A DNA stretch of 52,571 bases. Origin: a virus. Its lineage: Duplodnaviria; Caudoviricetes. The stretch spans positions 1-52,571 of IMG/VR virus record IMGVR_UViG_3300031670_000002. One strand, given 5' to 3'. A program made the translations under genes and the position numbers. Shown piece after piece: positions 1 to 9,667 of this stretch. The notes under the pieces are model-generated. The model searched no databases, was not told where the DNA came from, and saw only the letters and a program-made list of their open reading frames with translations. Every line of letters starts with the position of its first letter. The first letter of the stretch is position 1.

Positions 1-127
1 CGCCGGGCGTGCAGGGAACGCAAGGTGCAACTGGCCCTGTCGGCCCCGCTGGCACACCTGGCACGAACGGAACCAATGGCTCCAACGTGCTAACCAGCCA
101 GGGCGCGCCCACTGGCGCATGTACCAC
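1..127. repeat. Terminal direct repeat, copy 1 (circular-assembly overlap)
   Basis: Bases 1-127 are identical to 52445-52571; 127 is a common assembler k-mer length; an ORF reads through the join. Confidence 0.95.
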
Positions 128-575
128 CGGTGACACGGATATCGACATTTCAGGTGGCGAGGTCTATTCCTGTGTCAGTTCCGCATGGTCAGACACCAAC
201 AACAATATCACCGGCCCGCAGGGCAAACAGGGACTACAGGGCAATCCTGGCGCAACCGGCCCGCAAGGCGCATCTGGTGTTCCCTTTACCGGCGCGCCAT
301 GCTCGGAATCCTATACCAACGGCGCGGAGCAGCAAGAAAACTTGCTCTTCTGTCTGAGCGGCGTGGGAGTGGATGGTAGCAACGTGTACACTGCCGCGGT
401 CACGTTGGCAAAGAACTATCATCTGATTATCGGGACGCCGATCAGTACCGCGCAATCGGTTGATTGGAACGGCCTCACGATCACCTACGTTGAGTTCACC
501 AGCGGCTTTCATGCCGAGTATCACGCCGATAACGTGGTGCGCATCTACAACGACGTGGATCACCAGGTCTTCTAG
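1..575 (+). CDS. Secreted collagen-like protein, 3' part
   Basis: Gly-X-Y runs (GTQGATGPVGPAGTPGTNG; GPQGKQGLQGNPGATGPQG) separated by small Cys-containing segments; stop at 575. Confidence 0.85.
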   Translation, partial: PGVQGTQGATGPVGPAGTPGTNGTNGSNVLTSQGAPTGACTTGDTDIDISGGEVYSCVSSAWSDTNNNITGPQGKQGLQGNPGATGPQGASGVPFTGAPCSESYTNGAEQQENLLFCLSGVGVDGSNVYTAAVTLAKNYHLIIGTPISTAQSVDWNGLTITYVEFTSGFHAEYHADNVVRIYNDVDHQVF

Positions 576-611
576 CGTATGCCGCCAGGAACTGCGCTCC
601 TGGCGGCATTC

Positions 612-640
612 TTGCATCTGCCTCGCTCGTGCGTTATACT
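612..640 (+). promoter_or_regulatory. sigma70-type promoter upstream of the late gene block
   Basis: TTGCAT-N17-TATACT. Confidence 0.6.
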
Positions 641-671
641 GATACTAAATCACCGTGTGAGGGACACTACC

Positions 672-881
672 ATGCAATGTCAGGATACAAGCGGGCAGCT
701 ACCCGCCATTCACGTCGATAGGCAAGTGCTGGAGCTTGCGCAAGAACTGATGCCGATCATCGACGCCATTGGCAAGCAGTCGCCCAAAGGCAGTATCCTG
801 CTCTCGATTGAACACGGCTTCGTCAGCGCCATTGATTTTACGGCCCGCCGCTTTCGCAAGAAACCGAAAACGGGCGACTAG
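672..881 (+). CDS. Small hypothetical protein (weak YezD/DUF2292-like resemblance)
   Basis: GAGG upstream of the ATG; KGSILLSIEHGFVSAIDFT pattern. Confidence 0.5.
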   Translation: MQCQDTSGQLPAIHVDRQVLELAQELMPIIDAIGKQSPKGSILLSIEHGFVSAIDFTARRFRKKPKTGD

Positions 882-1023
882 CGCATCTCCCACGCGGAGA
901 AGTGCGTAACGGCGGCGTTTCGCGTCGCCAGCCACTGTGTTGTCAGCACCTTGCGAGGTCATGCGGACACAGGTTCTCAGGAAAGAGATACCTGTGTCCG
1001 CTTTGCGTTTTTGGGAGGCGCCT

Positions 1024-1350
1024 ATGTCGCAACCGCACCATCAGATAGTCGGCCAATTCAAAGGCAACAGGACGCCACGCGGCGCGACCGGCAACGTGAG
1101 CGCGCTCGCCATCGATCTCGACAATCCCGACGGCGTGCAGATCAGGCGCGTGCAACTGCGCTACAGCCAACGTGCCGCCCAGCTTGCCCAGCAGTTCACC
1201 GTCACGACGCCGCTCGGCTACCCGCCGCGCCTCGTCTGCCTGCGATGCAAGCAGTTCATAGCCGCGCAAGCCCCGCGCGACGATCTGGTCGCGTTCGTCA
1301 CGAAACACGAGGATTGCGACGGCAGCACACAGGAGGAAGAAACCGCATGA
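1024..1350 (+). CDS. Hypothetical protein with CxxC
   Basis: GGGAGG RBS; stop overlaps the next ATG. Confidence 0.6.
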   Translation: MSQPHHQIVGQFKGNRTPRGATGNVSALAIDLDNPDGVQIRRVQLRYSQRAAQLAQQFTVTTPLGYPPRLVCLRCKQFIAAQAPRDDLVAFVTKHEDCDGSTQEEETA

Positions 1351-1553
1351 CGCCACTTGCCCACGGCCTGATCATCGGCGCGGCCATCATCTTTGGCGGC
1401 GCGCTCGCTCTCGGCGCGCTCACGGCCCTGGCCCTCTGTCGCGCATCCGCTCGCGCCGAGCGACTTGCGCCCTCGCCCGACAGTCGCGCAACCCCGCTCG
1501 GCATCGTGCAATCGCGCCCCTACCCGACGACGCACGATTGGAGACGCCCATGA
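1347..1553 (+). CDS. Small membrane protein
   Basis: N-terminal hydrophobic helix; ATGA coupling on both sides. Confidence 0.6.
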   Translation: MTPLAHGLIIGAAIIFGGALALGALTALALCRASARAERLAPSPDSRATPLGIVQSRPYPTTHDWRRP

Positions 1554-2056
1554 GCGAGCCGCTGTACACGCACACGCGCCACGCGCACGTCCCGCGCAAC
1601 ACCAACGCCGTTCACGCGGACGAACAAACCCTGAACACGCGCCTCGCGGTTTTCTTGACGCGCCTGGTCGGCACCATGCCCACGGCCTACGTCTTCACAT
1701 TCCTCGCGTTCGTCGGCCTGCTCGGTCTGCTCGGCTTCCTGCCTCCCATCGTCTTCTTGCTTGCCACCTGGCTCTCGCAGCAATTCCTGCAACTCGTGTT
1801 TTTGCCCATCCTCTCCGTCGGCCAGAACGTCCTCTCGCGCAAGCAAGAATTGCAAGCCGACGAAATGTTTGCAACGACGCAGCACAGCTTTTCCGATATC
1901 GAACAGATCGTCAAACACCTTGACGCGCAAGACGCCGCGATCCTGGCGATCAGCCAGAAGATCGATACGACTACCACGCGCCTGGACATGCTCACCATGT
2001 CGCAGCCTGTCCGGTACGGCCCCAAACGCGCAAGCAGCAAAGGCGGTGAGGTATGA
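1550..2056 (+). CDS. DUF1003-like membrane protein
   Basis: Two to three TM segments, LQLVFLPILSVGQN motif, C-terminal coiled coil. Confidence 0.65.
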   Translation: MSEPLYTHTRHAHVPRNTNAVHADEQTLNTRLAVFLTRLVGTMPTAYVFTFLAFVGLLGLLGFLPPIVFLLATWLSQQFLQLVFLPILSVGQNVLSRKQELQADEMFATTQHSFSDIEQIVKHLDAQDAAILAISQKIDTTTTRLDMLTMSQPVRYGPKRASSKGGEV

Positions 2057-2156
2057 CACGCCGCTTGACCCTGCTCATCACGCCCGCCGTCTTCGTCGCC
2101 TCGCTGCTGCTGCTCGTGCATGTGGGCGATCTGCTCGCGTTGTGGTTGAGGTGGCT

Positions 2157-2483
2157 ATGAGCAACGATCCTCTCTACATCCAATTGGAAGAGTCCGCCGG
2201 TGAAGTCCGCCGCGCCGCCGACGGGGTACGATTGTGGGCGGAGATTGCTGAGCAGTTCCACATTGTCAGCATCTGGTCAGATCGCTGCTCGCGCAACCCC
2301 GGCCCGGCTGATTGCTACGATTGTCTGAGAAACCGCCTCTTTGCCGTGGCCTCACGCTACGTTGGCGGTGAAACGCTCGGCAGCGATTTGCCAGCACTCA
2401 TCGCCCTGATTGCCGATCACCGGCAATTCCAGTGCGAGCGGCACGCAAACGAAACGACGGCAGAGAGGAATAATCGCCGATGA
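2157..2483 (+). CDS. Hypothetical protein
   Basis: GAGGTG RBS; stop overlaps the next ATG. Confidence 0.55.
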   Translation: MSNDPLYIQLEESAGEVRRAADGVRLWAEIAEQFHIVSIWSDRCSRNPGPADCYDCLRNRLFAVASRYVGGETLGSDLPALIALIADHRQFQCERHANETTAERNNRR

Positions 2484-2941
2484 GCGAGCGCCCAAAAAAC
2501 GCAAAGGGTACAACGCCGCCTGTTCCTGCCCGCGACGTGAACGCTGCCGCCCGCGCTCAGGTCGCGTTACGCTTGCGTGCGCAGCATCTGACCTGGGACG
2601 AGATCGCGGCGCAAGCGGGCTACGGGTCGCGCGGCGCGGCGCACAACGCCGTGAAACGCGAGTTGGATCGCTGCCTCACGCACGATGTCAAGGCCATGCG
2701 CGACGAAGAGTGCTACGCGCTGGAGCAACTGCAAGGCCGCTGTTTCAAGGCCGCCACTGATGAGAGCAACAGCGGCTGGACATGGGCGGTGGATCGCTTT
2801 GTCGCGCTGTCCAAACGCAAATCGGAACTGATGGGGCTGGACACGCCCATCGACAGTGCCGGATCAGCCAATCTCGTGATCGTGCGCGAAGTGCCACGCG
2901 GCTATCTCGGCAATCCGCCAGCAGTGGAGGCGCAACCATGA
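2480..2941 (+). CDS. terS: Probable terminase small subunit (HTH)
   Basis: HTH-like LTWDEIAAQAGYGSRGAAHNAV; C-terminal RKSELMGLD; lies upstream of TerL. Confidence 0.65.
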   Translation: MSERPKNAKGTTPPVPARDVNAAARAQVALRLRAQHLTWDEIAAQAGYGSRGAAHNAVKRELDRCLTHDVKAMRDEECYALEQLQGRCFKAATDESNSGWTWAVDRFVALSKRKSELMGLDTPIDSAGSANLVIVREVPRGYLGNPPAVEAQP

Positions 2942-3513
2942 GTGAGAAGAGCAACGAATGGTACACGCCCGCAAAGTACATTGAGGCGGCGCGTACCGTC
3001 ATGGGCAGCATTGACCTTGATCCGGCATCGTGCGAGTTGGCAAATCGAACCGTCAAGGCGGCGCGGTATTACAGCAAAGAAGAGAACGGCCTGGCGCAAG
3101 CGTGGTATGGCAATGTGTGGCTCAATCCGCCGTTCGGTACAACCATGCAGCAATTTGGGAACAGTGCATGGCAGGGTCAAAGCATCGCAAGTCTGTTTAT
3201 GGGCAAGTTGATAGAAGAATATCACAAGGGAACGGTGACACAGGCGGTTTTACTTGCGAAAGCAGACCCAAAACAAAACTGGTTTAGCCGTTTATGGGAA
3301 TTTCCTATCTGCTTTGCTTATGATCGGGTCTATTTCAATCGTCCTATCGGAGAGCCGTGTAGACATCAATTTGGTACGTGTTTCGTCTATCTCGGCCCCC
3401 ATGAATCGCGTTTCATTGACATTTTCTCGCAGTTTGGGCGCATCGCAAAGGCGATTGATACGCCGCGCCAGCCTGTCGCCAGCCCGCGCGAATTGTGGGA
3501 GGTGGCAGTATGA
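2938..3513 (+). CDS. Phage DNA N6-adenine methyltransferase (Dam-like)
   Basis: EWYTP, IDLDPAS and WLNPPF motifs. Confidence 0.85.
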   Translation: MSEKSNEWYTPAKYIEAARTVMGSIDLDPASCELANRTVKAARYYSKEENGLAQAWYGNVWLNPPFGTTMQQFGNSAWQGQSIASLFMGKLIEEYHKGTVTQAVLLAKADPKQNWFSRLWEFPICFAYDRVYFNRPIGEPCRHQFGTCFVYLGPHESRFIDIFSQFGRIAKAIDTPRQPVASPRELWEVAV

Positions 3514-4892
3514 CGACGGCGCTTCCCGAACTGGTGATCACCGCACCGGAACTGCGCGGCGGCAATCTCGCGTTAGGCGCGTGCCGCGACACGGAGGTGT
3601 TGCTCGACGGCCCGGCGGGAACTGGCAAGACGTATGCCGCGCTGTACAAAATTCACGTCATTCTCACCAACTACCCGCACTCCAAAGCCCTTGTCGTCCG
3701 CAAGCACAACAGCGACTTGGCGGGTAGTGCGATGGCGACGTTTCAGGATAACGTGCTGGACCCGCGCGAGGGCGTCTATTATTTCGGCGGCAACAAAGTC
3801 AAACCTGCGGGCTACATCTACCCGAACGGATCGTTTCTGGCGGTCAACGGCCTGGACAAGCCGACCAAAGTCAAGTCGTTCGAGTGCGATATCGCCTATA
3901 TCAACGAAGCATCGGAGTGCAGCGTCGAGGATATCGAGTTCGTGCGCATGCGCCTGCGCAAAGGCAACAACCCGTTTCAGCAGATCATTATGGACACGAA
4001 CCCCGACGCGCCGACGCACTGGCTCAACCAGCGGTGCAACGACGGCGTGACCACGCGCCTCTTGTCACGTCATGAGGACAATCCGCGCTACTACGACATC
4101 CGTACACAAGATTGGACAGCCGCCGGGCGCGACTACATCTTCGGCATTTTGGGCGGCCTGACTGGCGTGCGCCTGGCTCGCTACCGTTACGGCGCTTGGC
4201 GCGCAGCCGAGGGAACGGTATTTGAGGACAGTTGGGACCGCGCGCGCAACGTGATCGAGCGTGCCACCATCTCGGCGCGCCCGCATGACCTCTTTGGCGA
4301 TTGCGGCATCCCGCGCGATTGGCCGCGCTATCTCGTGATCGACTTTGGCTTCACCCACCCGTTCGTGTGCATCTGGGCGGCGCGTGACCCCGACGGACGC
4401 CTGATCATCTACCGGCAGATATACCGCACGAAAGTCCTCGTGGAGGATCACGCCAAAGAGATTCGCCGCCTGTCGCGCTGGGGGCAAGACGGCGGCGATC
4501 CCTTGCCGCGTGAGATCATCTGCGACCATGACGCCGAGGGACGCGCCACGCTCGAACGCCATTTGGGCCTGCACACGACGCGCGCCCACAAAGCCGTGTT
4601 AGAGGGCATTCAAGCCACTGCCGCACGTTTCAAGCCCGCCGCCGACGGTCGCGCCCGCCTGATCATCCTCACCGGCAGTCTCGTCGAGCGCGATCAGGAA
4701 CTGGCGCGTGCCAAAAAGCCGACTTGTGTGGAGGACGAACCCGACGGGTATGTCTGGCATAGCGGCTCCGGTTTTCGCGCCAAAGAGGAGCCGGTCAAGG
4801 AAGACGATCACGGCGTCGATGTATGCCGCTACCTTTGTGCGCGTTTTGACATCAAATCAACCGATATCACGTACAGCCACCGGGTGTACTAG
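3510..4892 (+). CDS. terL: Terminase large subunit (PBSX/SPP1-like)
   Basis: Walker A GPAGTGKT, Walker B YINEASE, DTNP, nuclease motifs IDFGF and DDHGVD. Confidence 0.93.
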   Translation: MTTALPELVITAPELRGGNLALGACRDTEVLLDGPAGTGKTYAALYKIHVILTNYPHSKALVVRKHNSDLAGSAMATFQDNVLDPREGVYYFGGNKVKPAGYIYPNGSFLAVNGLDKPTKVKSFECDIAYINEASECSVEDIEFVRMRLRKGNNPFQQIIMDTNPDAPTHWLNQRCNDGVTTRLLSRHEDNPRYYDIRTQDWTAAGRDYIFGILGGLTGVRLARYRYGAWRAAEGTVFEDSWDRARNVIERATISARPHDLFGDCGIPRDWPRYLVIDFGFTHPFVCIWAARDPDGRLIIYRQIYRTKVLVEDHAKEIRRLSRWGQDGGDPLPREIICDHDAEGRATLERHLGLHTTRAHKAVLEGIQATAARFKPAADGRARLIILTGSLVERDQELARAKKPTCVEDEPDGYVWHSGSGFRAKEEPVKEDDHGVDVCRYLCARFDIKSTDITYSHRVY

Positions 4893-4907
4893 AGAGGATA
4901 TTAGCCC

Positions 4908-6416
4908 ATGCTACCAACGCCCACGATCACACAACCGACCAGTAGCCCGACCGACGCCGTGCAGCCGGTTTATACCGTGACGGCAGCCGACAAAGCGCGG
5001 CAGGAGCGCATCGCCTTCGCCTGGAAAGCCTACGAAGGCCGCTTAGATCGCCCGCTCGTGCCGCTGCCCGGCGATCCCGACGATAACGTGCTGAGCAACC
5101 GCTGTCAGCAGATTGTGGATCGCGGCATCGATTTCCTGTTCGGCAAAGAGATCGAGATCAGCGTCAGCAGCGACGCGCCGGACACGGCTCAGGACGCGAT
5201 TGACGCCGTGTGGGGTCGCAAAGAGACGCGCATCCCGCTCTTGCAAGACCTCGCCATGAACGGCGGCATGGCCGGGCGCGCCTTTTTGCGCATCATGCCG
5301 AACAAGGACGCCACGACCTTTCGCCTGATCACGGTTGACCCCGCCATCGTCAGCGTCAAGACCGCGCCGCAGGATTGCGATACCGTGCTGCTGTATCACA
5401 TCGAGTACAGCGTGCAAGAGTCGGTCAACAGCAAGCCGCAGACCGTGTGCTACTGCGAAGAGATCGCCCGCATCGATCCCGACGGCAATGCCCAGCGCGG
5501 TGCGCCCGACGACGACGATACGTGGCAAGTCAATCACTGGACGCGCGTCGGCGAGCGCGGCAACTGGACGCCTGACCCCGACGGCGCGTATGCGTGGCCC
5601 TACAACTTCCCGCCGCTGTTTAGTTGCAAGAACCTGCCCAAGCCCAATAGCTTTTGGGGAACGCCTGACCTCACACCCGACCTGATCGGCCTCAACAGCG
5701 CGCTCAATTTGGTGCAATCGTGCATCAACCGCACGGAAAAGCTCTATGGCAACCCGATCCTCTACAGCACGGGCGCGGGATCAGGGACAATGGATATCAC
5801 GCCGGGCAAGATCGTCAACCTGCCGGAAAATGCCAAAATCACCGCCGTCGCTATTCCGACCGACGTGGTGAACGCGCTGGCCTTTGCCGCCAACTTGCGC
5901 AGCGACATCGACGAACAATCCGGCGTGCCGGGCGTGGCGACCGGGCGCATTGCCGATTTGCCGCGCGGCACGATGAGCGGCATCGCCATCGAACTGTTGT
6001 TCATGCCGCTCATCAAGAAGACCGACAAAAAGCAGTGTTTGTACGGCGATCTACTCATCGCCGTGACCCAGGCCATTCTCACGCTCAGTCACATCGACGG
6101 CACGTTCACCGTCGAACTGTCCTGGCAATCGGCACTGCCCGACGACGACCTGCTGTCCGTGCAGGCGGCCATTGCCAAAAAGGAAATCGGCATCTCCGAC
6201 GCGACGCTCCAGCGCGAGATGGGCTATGACCCTGATGAGCAGATGGCGCTGGCGCAAACGGAGGACGCGCAAAAACTCGCGGCCTGGTCGCGCGGGCAAG
6301 GGCTGCCGACGCTGCCGGAGGCGCTGCCCGGCACAAAGCCGCTGCCGATGCAACCGAAGCCGCTACCCGGCGCGCCCGCGCCAACAGCAACACCAACAAC
6401 CGGAGGGCAAGCATGA
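4908..6416 (+). CDS. Portal protein (SPP1 gp6-like)
   Basis: 502 aa directly after TerL; NRCQQIVD..DFLFG and SGIAIELLF motifs. Confidence 0.85.
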   Translation: MLPTPTITQPTSSPTDAVQPVYTVTAADKARQERIAFAWKAYEGRLDRPLVPLPGDPDDNVLSNRCQQIVDRGIDFLFGKEIEISVSSDAPDTAQDAIDAVWGRKETRIPLLQDLAMNGGMAGRAFLRIMPNKDATTFRLITVDPAIVSVKTAPQDCDTVLLYHIEYSVQESVNSKPQTVCYCEEIARIDPDGNAQRGAPDDDDTWQVNHWTRVGERGNWTPDPDGAYAWPYNFPPLFSCKNLPKPNSFWGTPDLTPDLIGLNSALNLVQSCINRTEKLYGNPILYSTGAGSGTMDITPGKIVNLPENAKITAVAIPTDVVNALAFAANLRSDIDEQSGVPGVATGRIADLPRGTMSGIAIELLFMPLIKKTDKKQCLYGDLLIAVTQAILTLSHIDGTFTVELSWQSALPDDDLLSVQAAIAKKEIGISDATLQREMGYDPDEQMALAQTEDAQKLAAWSRGQGLPTLPEALPGTKPLPMQPKPLPGAPAPTATPTTGGQA

Positions 6417-6775
6417 GACCGATCAAGTTTCGGGCATGGCATACGCGCGAAAAGAAAATGTATCCGGTGCGAACATGGTACTTCGATGCCGCATCTCATC
6501 AGATCGAACTTGAGGGCAAGCCGGTGATTGAGGCTTTTACCATCGGTGAAGACGTTGAGATCACGCAGTTCACCGGCCTGCTTGATCGCACTGGCAAAGA
6601 GATATGGGAAGGGGATATCGTGAGAAGTAGCAACGGCGCGTACATCTCCCGTATTGAGGATATCCACGCCTTTTGTGGAGAAACCGGCCTCTATGGGGAT
6701 GACGCCGATGAAGTGGAAATCATCGGCAACATCTACGAAAACCCTGGCTTACTCGCAACAGGAGGACAGGCATGA
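6413..6775 (+). CDS. YopX family protein
   Basis: IKFRAW...QFTGLLDRTGKEIWEGDIV...EIIGNIYENP. Confidence 0.9.
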   Translation: MRPIKFRAWHTREKKMYPVRTWYFDAASHQIELEGKPVIEAFTIGEDVEITQFTGLLDRTGKEIWEGDIVRSSNGAYISRIEDIHAFCGETGLYGDDADEVEIIGNIYENPGLLATGGQA

Positions 6776-7053
6776 GCAGAAAAAATGTGCGCATTGTGAA
6801 TGACGGCAAGCCGGGCTATGATACCCTCGTGACCGACGCTGACACCGGGACGGAGATACTGCATGTGATGGCAGTCGATGTTCACCTGGAGGCAAACAGA
6901 GAGTTGCCACAAGCGATCCTCACGATGGGGTTGCCGATCGTCGATATCATTGCTGACGCTGAGATCAAGCAGGTGTGTCCCTGCTGTGGCCGTCCCGTCG
7001 AGCAGCAACCCGCGCCCGAATCGCCCTATCTCAGCAAAGGCGGTGGCGCATGA
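6772..7053 (+). CDS. Hypothetical protein
   Basis: GGAGG RBS; ATGA coupling. Confidence 0.6.
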   Translation: MSRKNVRIVNDGKPGYDTLVTDADTGTEILHVMAVDVHLEANRELPQAILTMGLPIVDIIADAEIKQVCPCCGRPVEQQPAPESPYLSKGGGA

Positions 7054-7253
7054 CCATTGCCGACGCGGTGCAAGCGATCATCTTGTGGCTGCGCACGGTA
7101 GCGGGCGTGCATGGCGCGCTCGCGGTGTCCGGTGCTGTGCAGGATAGCGCGCATCTGACGGTGGCAATCACGCCCGTCCAGCAAGCGACGCGCCGCTTTA
7201 CCGTCGCGATCACCGAGATTGCCGACTGCTGGCAAGTGACGGAGGTACTCTAA
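7050..7253 (+). CDS. Hypothetical protein
   Basis: ATGA coupling; abuts the next gene. Confidence 0.5.
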   Translation: MTIADAVQAIILWLRTVAGVHGALAVSGAVQDSAHLTVAITPVQQATRRFTVAITEIADCWQVTEVL

Positions 7254-7615
7254 ATGGATGAACGTATCCTTGCTATCCTGAAAGCCGTCGCAAATGTGGA
7301 CTATGCGACTGCGGGAGATAATGACGATCCCTATTGCCTTTTTTGCGCATCGGATACGCCGTCAGGCAACCCGAAAGACGTTGACGATCCGCACGAGAGC
7401 GCGTGTCCGGTGGTGCTTGCGCGGCGCATTCTGGCAGAGCAGGGAACGCCGCTCAAGGTGTGGCGGGTGGAGGTGTTGATACGCTCAATTTCTTTGACGA
7501 GACGGTCACGCAGACTGTCTACAGGACAGAGTACACCGAAGAGGCCATGCGCGCCTGGTTTTCTGGGAATGATCGTCGTGTGCGTGTGACATTCGTGCGT
7601 GAGGTGCGCCCATGA
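7254..7615 (+). pseudogene. Hypothetical gene with a probable frameshift near 7475
   Basis: Protein-like N-terminus in one frame; protein-like C-terminus (DTLNFFDETVTQTVYRTEY...) in another frame that ends overlapping ATG 7612. Confidence 0.45.
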
Positions 7616-7887
7616 GCGAGCAGCGCACCCGTTACGCCGACGCGCACGACATGATCGTCTATCGCACGCTCGCACTGCTGGTGAGCGAGGACGCGCCGCG
7701 CACCGTGCGCCTGCTTGACGCGACCACGGGCGAGACGATAGCCGGTGTCACCGCCTGTCACCTTGCGCGTGACGACGCGGGCCATGTCAGCGCGACATTC
7801 ACGATAGCGGACATCGATGTGAGGTGCCCGCATGACCTGGTACCGGCGCATCGGCAGATCGCCGCGCTTATGGGAGAAGAAGCATGA
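7612..7887 (+). CDS. Hypothetical protein
   Basis: GAGGTG RBS; ATGA coupling. Confidence 0.55.
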   Translation: MSEQRTRYADAHDMIVYRTLALLVSEDAPRTVRLLDATTGETIAGVTACHLARDDAGHVSATFTIADIDVRCPHDLVPAHRQIAALMGEEA

Positions 7888-8276
7888 GCAACACCGTCAA
7901 ACAAGCGCGAGTGATCAGCGGAGGATCAGGCACAATGCACATCGGATCAGCAGGCGGCCATGCGATCCCCGTCAACTCCTGGTCAATGACCGTGATTGAA
8001 GAAACCAGTGTGGTTGAGGGAAGAGCAAGCGAACCGCCAGCGATGGGCATAATCTCCATCGCTGTGTGTGAACATCCTGAGATGAATAGCACGTCCGATC
8101 TTTTGGGCAATCGCATCTATTGGTGTGGTGTGTGCCACAAGAAAATCATCATTCCGATGTCTCAAGCAAGTTTGAACGCCTTGAACACTCAGGACGCGCA
8201 AGCAAACTTTGCGGGCATGATGGCCGTAGCCTTTGGCGAAATGTGGGGGAAACGCGCAGCGGAGGGCCAGATATGA
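7884..8276 (+). CDS. Hypothetical protein with Cys/His cluster
   Basis: ATGA coupling on both sides. Confidence 0.55.
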   Translation: MSNTVKQARVISGGSGTMHIGSAGGHAIPVNSWSMTVIEETSVVEGRASEPPAMGIISIAVCEHPEMNSTSDLLGNRIYWCGVCHKKIIIPMSQASLNALNTQDAQANFAGMMAVAFGEMWGKRAAEGQI

Positions 8277-8674
8277 GCAAACATCCCATACACGCCGCGC
8301 ACGAACCGTACCGCGCCCTGCTCTTGCACCGCGAGGCCGTCATACAGCGCGACTTGCACACGGCACACCAACGCGCGGTGGCAGCAATTCAACCGCACAT
8401 CGACGCGCTGTTACGCGAGTTGGCAGACAAGCAAGCGACGCTGGACGAAGGTGAGACGATCCCGCTGATCTGGCTGCGGGAAAACCATCGCATCGCGCGC
8501 CTGCAAGCCGTGATCAGCGCGCACATCGACGCCTATAGCCGTTACGCGCATGGCGTGGCCGTGGCAGCACAGCGCGAGGGCGCAACGCTCGGCACACAGG
8601 CGGCGCACGCGGCCATGCACGCGTCAGTACCGGAGGGCGTACAATGGACGTTTAAGCAAGCGAGGGAGAAATAA
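8273..8674 (+). CDS. Putative N-terminal helical part of the MuF/SPP1 gp7-like minor head protein
   Basis: Helical, Ala-rich, ends VPEGVQWTF; the MuF ORF at 9664 lacks an N-terminal region. Confidence 0.55.
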   Translation: MSKHPIHAAHEPYRALLLHREAVIQRDLHTAHQRAVAAIQPHIDALLRELADKQATLDEGETIPLIWLRENHRIARLQAVISAHIDAYSRYAHGVAVAAQREGATLGTQAAHAAMHASVPEGVQWTFKQAREK

Positions 8675-8850
8675 TGGCATCGACGGCGTTTCATCTCACA
8701 TTTACGTATACGATGATAGGCGATCACTCTCTCCTTGTGCATTTCTTTGGGTGCAAGGTCGATCATTGGATGTTGCTTGACCTTGCTGAAATCAGCAGCG
8801 AAACCGGCAAATCGTCTACGGAAATCATTGAGCAGTTGAAAGGTGAGTAG
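8674..8850 (+). CDS. Small hypothetical protein (58 aa)
   Basis: GGGAG RBS, TAATG overlap; translated by hand. Confidence 0.4.
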   Translation: MASTAFHLTFTYTMIGDHSLLVHFFGCKVDHWMLLDLAEISSETGKSSTEIIEQLKGE

Positions 8851-8854
8851 GGCT

Positions 8855-9070
8855 ATGAGCGACGGAAGCGATTGGGATCAGTTGAGCAGATCGCAACAAG
8901 ACGCGGTCGATGTTTTGCGAGCGCAGATGATCGATCGTTTGACGGCAGATGCGGAGGCATTCTATGGGCTTTATCCTGACCTGCAACTATCGTGGCGCTT
9001 TGAGTTGTACCCGCTTCTTCGAGGTCAGCATGGGACATTCAGAAATCCTGACACACTGGAAGAACTCTGA
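8855..9070 (+). CDS. Hypothetical protein
   Basis: ORF within a chain of small, lower-GC genes. Confidence 0.5.
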   Translation: MSDGSDWDQLSRSQQDAVDVLRAQMIDRLTADAEAFYGLYPDLQLSWRFELYPLLRGQHGTFRNPDTLEEL

Positions 9071-9229
9071 GAAGGAAAAGCCGATGAATAGCAAAGGAAG
9101 ATTGTATCGTCTCATCATGCGGATTGCGCATCACTATCACTGGCATTATGCGCCGCCGGTTTACCCGGAAGGTGAGATGCAACGGTGGTGTAAATGGTGC
9201 GGGTTAAGACAGTAAAGGAGAAATAGCAT

Positions 9230-9667
9230 ATGACATGGTATCCCGTTCAAGTATCGCTTCCTGGCGCAGGTATGATCGCCGTACTAGGAAAGCCATACGA
9301 AACCTTAACCGATGGATTCATTCAGGATTGGATGTTTGAACTTGCCCGCACGCATGAGGTCAGTCCTGATTATCTACTGGTAAGCCAGGAAATCCGCAGC
9401 GAGCTTCATCGCATCGTTCAGGATGATCTTCATCTGTGGCAGTGGGCCGCGCACCATGCCAGAGATGCGGATACCGGAGAAGTTGCGGAACGCTATCCCA
9501 ATAAAATCACCGGCAAATCGCTCGGCATCGTCGTTTTCCCTGGACTACCGGCAAAAGTGCTTTTTGTGGCAAGTCTGCTTGAGATGCGCGATGAAAAGAC
9601 ACACATCGATGGCATTACGCGCATCGTCACTCGCACCTATGCGGGAATCTGGGAGAACAAGGAATGA
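9230..9667 (+). CDS. Hypothetical protein
   Basis: AAGGAG RBS; ATGA coupling to the MuF ORF. Confidence 0.6.
   Translation: MTWYPVQVSLPGAGMIAVLGKPYETLTDGFIQDWMFELARTHEVSPDYLLVSQEIRSELHRIVQDDLHLWQWAAHHARDADTGEVAERYPNKITGKSLGIVVFPGLPAKVLFVASLLEMRDEKTHIDGITRIVTRTYAGIWENKE

Noticed and set aside
1-127. 127-bp terminal repeat as biological phage termini
   Set aside because: The length matches a common assembler k-mer and it falls mid-gene, so it indicates circular assembly only
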